A DNA stretch of 64,000 nucleotides, taken from Tubulanus polymorphus (taxonomy: Eukaryota; Animalia; Nemertea). Made by a program: the position numbers and the translations under genes. Shown here piece by piece: positions 38,328 through 50,009 of the stretch (positions within the stretch are counted from its first letter, which is position 1; each line of letters starts with the position of its first letter). Under the pieces are notes generated by a model. The model made no database searches. It saw only the letters and a program-made list of their open reading frames with translations, and was not told the DNA's origin. The stretch spans positions 5,456,001 through 5,520,000 of the forward strand of contig NC_134028.1 in NCBI RefSeq assembly GCF_964204645.1. The letters are read 5' to 3'.

Positions 38328-38566
38328 AAGATAAAAACCCACTATCTACAGATTAAAAGAATTTAAAAACAAGAATTTATTTATTCAATCTAAAATATAT
38401 ATAAGACACGACGTTTCGATCTCACCCTAGAGATCATCGTCAGGTGTGAGATATAGGCTAAAACAGGGGTATATATACAGAGGAGAACAGGTTAATTGAG
38501 TATTAAAGTCCTCTGAATTTCTTGTTTTTAAATTCTTTTAATCTGTAGATAGTGGGTTTTTATCTT
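38328..38566. mobile_element. ~240-bp non-autonomous element with 48-bp perfect terminal inverted repeats enclosing a hammerhead ribozyme
   Basis: AAGATAAAAACCCACTATCTACAGATTAAAAGAATTTAAAAACAAGAA at 38328-38375 and its exact reverse complement at 38519-38566. Confidence 0.8.
38406..38447 (-). ncRNA. Minimal type I hammerhead ribozyme, intact
   Basis: Minus strand ACAC-CTGACGA-T-GATCTC(TAGGGT)GAGATC-GAAAC-GTC-GTGT: stem I ACAC/GTGT, core CUGANGA, 6-bp stem II, GAAA, palindromic ACGU stem III, canonical GUC cleavage triplet. Confidence 0.85.
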
Positions 38567-39291
38567 GCTAAGTGTTTTGTTCAATTTTTCAAACATTATT
38601 TTCAAAAATTATTATATATTCGTGAATGTACCGGTACCATATTAATCATACGTATCTTAGTGCATCGCATGCCAGAGTGGATTTGTTTGAGTAACAGGCC
38701 CTGGCAAGCGAGGATAGTTATAGGTACGCTCCGCATCACGGGTCAAACGGGCACTGGCAAGCGATGAAATGATATCCGCCACATCATGGGTCACATGATC
38801 TGCAACGCAATATGGCGGTCCCCATGCGCGTTTTTTTTCGCGCCAAATTTGTTAAACGTTGTTCTGTTGCGCATTTCTTAAATCGACGCTCGCTGTGACA
38901 ACTCTTTTTGCTGTTGCTACTATTAGACGCGACAAATTTAATCGTGTCATTGGAAAATGAACACGATTAACAAAAAAAAAGGAAAGAAAGCATGCCATAA
39001 ATATTAAAATAAAAGTTTCCCACCGGGCCCGAAAACGGCCTTTAAAATACCTTGTCACAGATCGATTTAAGACTCCTTGCTCTTTTTGACTTTGATCCCC
39101 TTCAAAAGATTATACATTAACATTTCGGGCATATCTCATGGTGAAAATTTGTTTGACACTGCTCACCGCCGGGCTGTATATGATGTGGTGGCCTTGAAAC
39201 ACAATGATAATTTCATCCACAGAACGGCACGGATGAAACAACTTAAAGAATGTTTTAAAATTCAATCTATGGCAAATATGTGATGCAGTCT

Positions 39292-39500
39292 CAGGGGCAG
39301 ATCTAGGCTCTGATTCAGGGAGGGTGCACCCCAAAATAGGGCATATGTAATTAAAGGGGCACCCTGAAAGACAGCTAATCGACATAAAGTAACACATTTT
39401 TATCCTTATGAATTTAAACATTTTTAGGTATTTCATCTTTGTCGTAAAATTTCTGGGCAACTTGGCACCCCCTGCACCCTCCTCTTAGATCCGCCCGCTG
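39292..39500. mobile_element. MITE with CAGGGGCGGATC-type termini (hAT-like)
   Basis: CAGGGGCAGATCTAGG...TTAGATCCGCCCGCTG; an inverted relative at 59130-59383 shares TCTGATTCAGGGA..GGGTGCACCCCAAAATAGGGC. Confidence 0.7.
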
Positions 39501-40656
39501 ATTCTACCTCTAGTGCCAGATTTTCATATCAGCATGATGATTATGCAGATATGAAATCTAGCAATTTAGAGTTTTGAATAACTGACCTTTTCCGTGTAGA
39601 AGAAATAAATATTATTCAGAGGACTTTAATACTGGTAACCTATTGGTGGTTTACATTAGATCAAAACGTAATTTAAAGGTTCACTCACACAGTGCTAAAT
39701 ACTAACTGGTATATAAACTATATTATTGATAACATTTGGAATAATGCACACAGTAGGCCATAGTATACTAGCTTTTGGATAAACATATGAAATCTATTTC
39801 TATCAATTAAGTCATAATTTGCGCGTACTTTAATGAGATTACTTTTCAGAAGGTGATATTTCTATTCATAACGAAATTTATAATGCGTCATTGGCGAGTG
39901 TTTCGTGAAAACAAAATGAAACATGTTTTATAGTACAATGTCATATACATAGTGACACGCTTTTGGCTATACTAACTGACCACTTTGCACCACGCGCGTT
40001 TTGATTACCGAAATAGTTCATTTCTTTTACTGAAACTTAACTTTTCAGGATTTTCGCCTGAAGTGAGTCATTGCCAGGCTGCAGCTGATTCCAACAGATG
40101 GCAGTACAATAGAATATTCGTAGACAGCATCTGGAGGCATATGTACAGTAACACTGGGTGAGCATTCTCTATTACAGAGAGATCGGGGAGAGAGCACATT
40201 TCAATATGTACGGAAACGCATGTTTTAATCGCTGTGAAATATCAACGATGCAGCAGGACGACAAGGAATTCAACTCGATCGTTAATCATCTTTATTGTTA
40301 ATCATTCAAAGGGATAGGTATCACTGATCGGATTGGTAACGTTGTGAACTGTTATTTTTTTCTTCACCGCTGTTAAATCTGTTGAAGGGCTCGAATTGTG
40401 TGTGTGTGTGTGTGTACATACATGTAGCACGATGGTATCAACATACTACACCAACTGTATACCGGTACGTAAAATAAACTTTATTCCGAGATTAAGATGA
40501 TTCTGTTTTGCGGGTAAGCCGCCGCATTCGATTTCGACGAAAAATAATCGAAATTACGAATACGAATCGATCGCCTCTTTTTAACACCGCGTATTTCACG
40601 TATTATGTTCGCGAAGATTAGAATTTAAAACCTCCATCGTAACTACCCGGCGCAAA

Positions 40657-43600
40657 ATGGCTACGGTGATAAGTAACGGCACGTGCCCGAGCCCGGTAAA
40701 GTGTATACCGATCGACCCGCCGCGCGAACCGTACGCCGACCCGGATTGTCTGAAAGAGCGCCGCTGGTACGTGTTTCTGGCGTCGAGTTTGATCGTGTTT
40801 TTCGGCGGATTATTCGTGATCATCGTGTGGAGGATATGCGCGTGGTTGTGTTGTCGGAAACGCGAACAGCAGATCCTGACGCAAAAAGCCATATCTGGCA
40901 GTCCGCAGAAAGGCGCGTTTCAGAAGAGCCCCGATCCGGAGATCGGATGGATGACCGAAGCGAAAGACTGGGCCGGCGAGTTGATATCCGGTCAAACGAC
41001 GACGGGAAGAATCCTGGTAAGCTATTTGCATGGGTGTCACCAGGGGGTGCGGAATATATTCAAGTTCTGCATTTTTTTAGTTCTAAAAATTTTTTTTTCA
41101 CATTCGGCAAATTTCATAAATACTAAGCTTTAGAAGGGCCAGAAAACACCCCTCTCAAGCTTCGAATTTCAAAAATTAAGATTTTTTAAAACATTCATGA
41201 GATTTTAAAAAGTTTTCAGAAATCTTTTTCGGTGCTTGGCGGTTACGGTGCAAAGTATGGCATATAGTTCTGCTTGTATTAATTCTAACCCCCTTTAAAA
41301 AATCATTGTGATGCCCTTGATCTGTCACGTCATGCGCAAGGGCGCAGCAAGCCGTCTGAATAATGTCACCCTGGGTGTAACCAAAAATTCACTTCTAGAC
41401 TCCCCATTCTTGACAAGACAGTGTAATTGAGCCAAGTCTATGTACGTATCAAAGCGCTCAAGCCAAACTGAGAAGTTGTGACCAATTTGGTGAGGCTTGG
41501 GTTCTGTAAGAATTCCTACCTTTCTTGGACATATGCTCCATGGCTCTTGTTTGAAGGGTTGATGATATAATCAGGGTTGGGTTCTTATGAAGGTTCCCCA
41601 CCTGAATTCATGGTATCACGAGTTATTGGTTAATGAATAGATTCGTTCACCCCCGTTGTAACGAAGTTCTGCTATAATTTTAAAACAGATCTGAATCGTC
41701 GGTGCTCTGGTGCCCGAGATCATGGAAGGGGTCTGGTGCATCGTCATCACTAAATGTGTCTGGAATTATTATCAGAAATTCTCAGAATTATTCTCGGAAA
41801 TCTCTAGTGAATCAGGTCAGGGTCGCCCTCGTAACCCCTATACCTGTGACCTCTTATGTCCAACCAATGTTAAAATGATCATTTGGAGTTCGGTTTGCCC
41901 TTGATTGAAGCTGAACATCATCCTGAGTTATTTGTTTGATAATCATGATAATGTATATGTGTATAATTGATATGTACTCGGTTGACGCACACATTCATAT
42001 TTATGTATAATTGCTACACAATTACGTGATCTTGTGAGGTAATATATTATACTATTAGTCCTGTTATTGGGCCAATTATGCCACTTTGTTGTCAGAATGT
42101 ATTATTATTAATATGTTTACATGTGATAAAGCCATATCATGTCAAAGCGCAATTAATGTTCTTTTCGGAACGAATTCTGATGGCTTATGTGGTCGAAAAT
42201 AATGGCTAGGATTGAAAATTGACTATGTAAGGTGCCCGCCGATTTTTCAGCGATAATTTCCGGTCATTTTCGTTGGTCAGATCCTCAGAGAAAGTCTCTG
42301 TAGGAAAAAGTTTGTCCCAGGAAAGTGAATTCACCTGCCCTAATCGGACGTGAAGTCCCGGGGCCAGTTGCCCAAAAGTTGGTTAGAGTGATAACAGGGG
42401 ATAATTGATACAGTGACAATTAAAAGTTCAGGGTCCAGTTCCACATTTCTGAATTAATATTTGGCTTTGAGTTAACTCATTGAAAATGAACTAAATTTAA
42501 CTCAAGAGTTTACTCTAACTCACAACTGTGGAACTGGGCCCAGTGTTTCTGTGGTTGTTGCGCAACTGGCTCCTGTAGCCTTGTAAACATGTTAACTTGT
42601 CATTATTAGTGTCTCCTTACAATGAAACGCAACCTGCGGTGTTTAATTAGCAAAACCTCCGGGAATTGCTGTATTTAACACAGACAGAATTAGGTTTCCA
42701 TGATTTCTTACTCACTTGTGAAGTGTTAACCGTATTATATTACGTTTAATATACCAGTCAGTTATTGTGTACATCTGGGAGTCTTATTAACTCCCCAACT
42801 TCAAATCACCTGGTTGCTAAGTGACAACTCATCACTGATAATGAGGATACATTTAGCAGTACTGCTTCTTACAGTATTCTGTCATCAATTTACCGTATAA
42901 TATGTGTATTGGACACTCGACTAGTCGTGTCATTACCTTCGTTGATCGCTGTTATGCGGACGTTGGCGATGGGTGTTACGAGTGACGGTGAAAAACGCTT
43001 TCACTTTCGCGAGTGAAAAACTTCACGTGCGCATCAAAATCGAGCTCGGGTTTTACCGGCGGAAACCCATGTTCTTCGTATTCAGTAGAATTCCGGTTCT
43101 TAATCAATCGTTAAGGCTTAATTTCGGGCCATCCCGAATGGCGGTTAAAACTTAATTGACAATGTAAGGTGGCAAAACATCGAAATAGACAGATGGTTCA
43201 ATGGTAAATAAAGCGCGCACAGGCTCAATTAGCCTGGATATAAAAGGGCAAAATGAATTTCTAATTGATTTGTTGGTTAGTGTTGAGTTACTTGGTTTTA
43301 TTTGAATATATGTGCCTCCCTGGCAAACAATATGGTGTGGGAGGGTAGGGTACTATGCAGCTGTGTGCTCATGTACATATGCCGTAACAATTCTTCGTTC
43401 ATTACAATCCACACGTGGACTCCACTTACTCCACTTACGGAGCGCGCGCGACAAACTAAATACGTGCAGTTGACAAGGTTTTTTTATTCCAGTTTGATTC
43501 TGTTTCTGTGACGTTGGAACCGTAGCGACTACAGCGGCGAAAGCCGCGGCAATAATTTACTGAATGACGTTTTTTCTTTCTATACCATATTTTCGACGAA

Positions 43601-46600
43601 ATTGAAGTAAATTCGCCGCGGCAATATTAGAACCTATCAAAAATTGCTTCCGACGCGCCTGTGTTTGTGACTGGCATCGTATTTACCTCGACAACCGAGA
43701 AACAAGAACATTTTGAAACTTGATCTTTTTTTGTCAAACCTCAAACCAAGAAGGAAAATCTTTTCGAAGCCTTTAACCAAGAATATTTGAAACAAGTCTT
43801 ATCAAGCCGTTAACAGAGAACCAATTACATTTGAAATTCAATCCTTTCATGTTTACTGAAATTCTTGGCGAAAGGCCTATCTCGTGTTGGCCAAGTTTTA
43901 TAGCTAGGCTTAAAGTTTCAATCAAAATTAATTCCAAAGCTTGAGACGTTTACATTCTCAGTTCGAGGACATTCTAAGCGTATGTGCGTCCATGAAGTGT
44001 GTCTAAAGTGCATTAGGATTATTCTTTGATGATTCACCGATAATTTACTATTAAATATTTCTCGCTGCATGTACTGCTGTATTGCCGTAGTTAACTCAAA
44101 ATCAATTACTTCACTTAACATGCCTTTGAAATTTCTGACGTGTAAATGATTTTTTTTCTTTTGAAACATGAATCATCAAATTCTTCGAATTTTCTCGATT
44201 CAGGGCTTTTCTGTGAGGCTACTGTGAATTACTATTTTCCAGTCAAATCTTGATTGCCTGCCACCCGAATTGCAATATCTGAAATATCGATTTGTTATCA
44301 ATAATCCGTCACCTTCAATTATCCATGTCTAAAAGCCGAAGACTGCGTTTATGAATTATTTCTCTGCTCATCGAAGTGCAAGGCCTCTTCTTTGAATTCA
44401 GTCAGGGTGGCCACTTACCTGGAAATCAGGCTTTTCTTTAGAAAAGTCAGGGAACGTTGTAAAAAGCGAAAAAATCGGGGAAACTTGTCGAGATGGCTAG
44501 ATCATGCGTAAAATCAAACAGCTTCTGTCTATGTTCTACGTATTTGACTGTGTTAATTGATCGGATTCTCGGCAGATCAAGTCAGGAAAAACGACGACGT
44601 TTATGTCAGGCAATAGGCAGGGAAGAAGCAAGTCTGTAGCTCAGTTTGGAACCTATAGAAAATGCATTCAAATCGTATTATAGGCCGCCTAATAGTAAAT
44701 ACAAGTCAATGAATCATGCGAGCACATGTAGGGTTTGATTGTTATGAAAAATTGTTGTAAATTTGTAAAAAAATTCTGGTGAGAGATTTGCAGTAACGAA
44801 AAGTAGAGCTACCGCAGTCGAATATCATTATGCTGAATTTACACCGAGGTATATGTATAGGTAATACAATAACAGTATGGAATGATTTCTTGTACGTTAT
44901 GAACATATGGTTGATTAAATGGAATATAAATAAATTCATTTACACGTGTAATATAATTAAATAATACGCGCTGGCATGCCGCGCCGCGTTAATGGGTCGC
45001 GCCTCGAACGCGATAGAAACGAACCACGAGAATCGCGAAGGGACGAAATTTTTGTCCGCGTTTTGTTGTCACCGGTTTTTGAGGGTATGAAGGGAGGATG
45101 TAGTTTTATATCGATTTTCTCCGGCGCGCGAGTAAACGTATGTAACAACAGCGTGTATATAAATATAGTGGGGTGTAGTCAATATAATTACAGCTGTTGT
45201 CAGTAATGCGGAGAGCTCTGATCCTTTTGTAAAATGTGCACATCACAGTTTATACTACAGCATGTATGATAATAGCGTATTCCCGGCCGATTCATTCATT
45301 CATAAAGTGTGAATTAGCGCTGACCCTAGGTGGACGCCGGTCAAGTTTGCGTCGTCCGACCCAACAACGGGTGTGGTTCAGTAGCGCCCGTTCTATGAAA
45401 ATTGCTTCGAGTTTTCTATTTACTGTTAGCTGAAGGAGCATGAAAACATGAAACACGAATGCCGTGTGTATTTATGAGAAACAAGAAACATGGTTTTGAG
45501 AAAAAGTGTTTCCGAGGTCAAACATGTTTGTTTCCGTGTTTTTGTGTTTTGTGCATTTACGAAAAAACATGGTTTCGGGGAAACAATGTTTCGAAGATCG
45601 AACGTGTTTGTTTTGGTGTTTCTGAGGGACCGTGTTTCCCTGTTTCCTTGTGCGTTGGACTTGAGAAAAGGCATGGACGCGATATGATATCCACAAAGCT
45701 CACCCAAAGATGATGATAATGCCAAAAATGCCAAGACAGATGATATCAAATGTCAAGCTATCAAAAATGCCTGTGACTTACACTGGTATATAGAATAGCC
45801 TAGTGATGATATTAGAAATGCCAGTGCCATGTTTCTCGTTTCTTGTAAATGGTCATCGATAATGATGAAGAGGCTCCTAGATCATTGTTTCCAAGGTGGC
45901 CTGCCATAATGAAAAAGTTGTCCGATAATGATGAAAATATCGAAATGATAAGATATCGAAAATGCCCGGCGATGATCAAATACTATTTTCATAAGTCGTA
46001 TCTTCCGTTGAGAAGCGCAGTTCACGCCGGAGACACTCGGCTAAAGACGAGTGTCGAAAACTTTTTAAAATTTCATGAGCGAAGGAATTTTTTGAAAGCT
46101 TCACAATCGATTAAGTCGCGAACGATGAAAGAATGCGCTTTCGTCGGCAATTAAGCGCGCTATGAATTGAAACGTACGGTTATCAGACCGGCTTATCGTC
46201 GTAGAAAAAAAAATGGCTATAATAAGGGAGTGTACGATTATAGCTCACTCCATCGAGGGCTACTGGTCTATATTGAATAGCAGGTGTTCAGAGTAAGGTT
46301 TCGATTGATTTTGTATTATATTTGACATAACTATCTGCATGAATTGATCGACTATGCGTGTATGTGTATGCAAGCGGATATTTCATCAGCAATGACATCG
46401 ACGATGACGACGACATTCTTGTCGTCATTTTTGCGTCCGTGGTTATAACTCCGCCCTACCCCTATTGATCATCGTCTCAGATTGTCGAAACCCGATAGTC
46501 TAGATGTTTCACGCGCGCGGTTTCGATTCAGTAATTTCTCGGTTTTGTTAAGAATCACGCCGTGATGTATTTGATGATGTTGTATACGTAATTTGTCAAT

Positions 46601-49600
46601 GTTTCTAGCTCTGAAATGAAATGCCGGGACCAGTGTTCTCTTCAACGGGTTATAGAGGGGCCGCCACCCCTCGCATTTTTACATCCACCCCCTCTGAAAA
46701 TCAGACACCTCTTATGAAATACTTTCTGCCCCTTCCAGAGTGGATGTCAATATTCTAACAACGTGAAAAATAGAAGATTACATCAAAATAAAGTACGAAT
46801 TTTCTGGGATCGAAAGCCTTGCTACTTCAGCAGCCAATATCTCATAAACTAAACATCGAATACAGCCCTTTAACGATTCCAGCATCAGCAGAAAACACTG
46901 CAGGACGCACTTTGATAAGAAATGAAATTAGTTCATTCCCGATGTGTATCTCAAGTCCAGAGTTACATAGACAATTAGCTCGTGCTTTTTGATTGAAGTA
47001 TGATTGAATTATGATAGTTTTCTATGTCGAAACGAACCAGTCTGTAAGATTGTTTGAGCCCATTTCGGAACGTTATCGACGTGGACTCAGGAGACAGCCG
47101 TATCTGATATCTTGGAAGTATTTTTTCAGACGAAATATTCGTATATAGGCATTGTTGATATTAGTTTGAGATGATTAGAGTTCGAAGGAAATTCACCTAT
47201 TTAAGCAGCTTTCATAGTTGACTTAGAACGGGCAGAATTTATGTCGAACGCATTCGTTTGTTAATAGGTATTTGAATTGAACGTTTTATGGGGGGAGGGG
47301 AGGGGGAGGGATGTCATGGAATGCACCTATTTTAATCCAGGCAATTATAACCGATCGAGATTGTCTCACAAGATATTATAGCCCTCTCCACTGTATGTGC
47401 TAAGCACACACAAGCGCACTAAGGAGGCACACCGGGTGAAATCTGAAATCAAAGGAAAAACAACGCATACTGCCGCTGCTGCAGAATCACCTGGTTTCCA
47501 TGGAAACCGTTATCGACTGGGACAACGCGATGGATTTCGTCGTCGCTGTTGTTGTTGTTGTTATAAAGATTTTTCCGAAATCTCGGTTCTCGAAAACGAA
47601 ACGAACGAACGAATGAACGTTAACATAGATACGCCGCAACTGAGCGAGCGTTCTTTGAACCCGCTCGCCGGGTTTTAATCAAATCGATTGCCTATAAGAA
47701 ACCTAAGATTACCGACGAAAATCTATATATGTTCAGTTACATACACAAGAGAAAGCCCACAATAATTCAGCTGAAGATGAGAAGTTTTGAGCAATGTTTT
47801 GGCTAAAGACTATTAGACTTCTGAAGGCGTACTGATGATTGCTGATATGCCGCGATCACACGGAGACAATTTGGCTCGAGCCTAATTTGGTCCGTGCCTA
47901 ATTAGACCACTCACTGGACACTAAGCAATATATAAACAAAGCGAAGTGGGTCCATTCCGGTACCAGTTGCAATTCAAACGCAATCATTCGTCTCATGCTA
48001 AAAATGTGGTTCGGGCCTGGGCCAACGTTTTTGGTCGGGCCTTACAGACTCGGGTCCATTTGGCACGCGTGTGAACAGTTTTTCCGGGCCAAAAACTCGA
48101 GTGCGATCGTGGCTGTAGTCTTTAGACGAAACTGTTTTACTCGAGCACTTAACATCTTTGCCTGAATTATTGTCGGATTTCTCGCGTACATTCATCGTAC
48201 ACGGATACTTTGTTGTATCTTCTCGACTAATGTTCAGTGATATTTTCTCTTTTCCAGGTTGTTTTAGTTTTTTTCCTGAGTATTGCTTCACTAGTCATAT
48301 ACTTCATAGATGCAATGGAGTAAGTATTGAATTCAGTTATATCGTCATCGTTGATTATTGTTTTAAGTATCGATATCCCTTTACGAACTGATAAAGAGTA
48401 ATAAACAGTCTGCTATGGAGTTTATTCCCGACGCCAAATCTGAAATTGAAAAATTTCGGATTTATATCGACGATCTTCTGAAAAGAACTCTTATCGGGTA
48501 ATACGGGTTATAGGCCTAACCTTCGTTACCGGAAGTAGGTAACCGTTTTCACGTCAACCAACTACATTTCGATGAAAATCCGTCGGTTCGAGTTTCCGTA
48601 AGCATTTTCGCAAAAACTATACAGGCACTCACCTTTTCCAAGATTTCCCAATTTTTTGAGAAAATGCTTACTGGAAACTTGAACCGACCGATTTTCATTG
48701 AACTGTAGTTGGCTGACGCGAAAACTGATACCTACTTCCGGTAACGAACGTTAGGCCTATAACCCGTATTGTGTTGTGTTCTTGGTCGTAGGGATTTGAT
48801 GAACTCGATGACATCGTCACCCGCTGTATACGAACTGCTGAGCGAAGTAGACCGAGTGCACGTAGATATTAATAGAGTATTCCCACTCAAAAAATGGTGC
48901 CGATCGAATAAGATTGCTCTATTCTAGCAAAACAACGAATAACATATTTTCATTAGGCGATGATGTTTTGATTTGCCTGGTCTACAATGGCAGGAGATCG
49001 TATACAGCGCCACCAGGGTAGCGGGTGATAAATCCCCCTGGTAAATATCCCCCATCACCCGATAAAAATCCCACGAGGTGAAAAATCCCCCTTGTAAAAA
49101 AAAAATCCCCCACAATTTGATTTCACAACAAAATGTTAAAATATTCTTATGTTGACAAATTTTGATAGATTTCAAAAGAATTCTCTTTTGAATTCTCTGT
49201 GGTGTCGGTCACAATAACCTTGGGTAATCTGTCATCTGCCAGGGTCCAGTACCACAGTTGTGAGTTAAATTTGACTCTTAGAGTTAAAACATCGAAAATG
49301 AACTGATTTTAACTCAGAATTAACTCTAACTCACAACTGTTGAACCGGGCCCTATTCGGGGACTATTACCTACATTCCACCACTTGACTCATCAAATCCC
49401 TACAGCCGAGTATAAATGTCTTGTCTGGAAGTAAAAACTGTTCCACCGTTCGATTCTTATAAAAAAGCGATCCTGTATGTGTTTGTATTGTGTTTTTAAG
49501 TTTTGCAAAAATGCTGCTTTATATTTTATCGCTATAAAAAGTATAGGGACAGCGCATAGGTAATGAGACAAAAATCTTCGTGTATATAATCACTATAGCT

Positions 49601-49943
49601 TTCATATATCTCTTTCATTTCATCATTATCAACACTCTCTTTTCTATTTATGATAATCAATACATGCATATCTATATGTATTATTTATATTATAATATCA
49701 GTTTAACCTCTCGGCTAATTCTGGTTCAGGTTGTAAAATGCCATAGGGAAGGGAGAAATATCAAACAGTTACTCATAGAAGTAGTGGTTTTCTGCCTGTT
49801 GCGTATTCAAGGATTTCAAATTCTTAATTCTTATATTTCAACCACAATTTCCGAGATATGGTCACAGTTGAAGTCGACCCTCTGGACTTTTGTCATCAGG
49901 GCACTTCCATGACCGCGGAACCCACCAACACCTTCTCGGTTTA

Positions 49944-50009
<66 letters not shown>

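Noticed and set aside
45426-45749. Four overlapping ORFs
   Set aside because: Produced by an internally repetitive, quasi-palindromic GAAACA/TGTTTC element, not coding.
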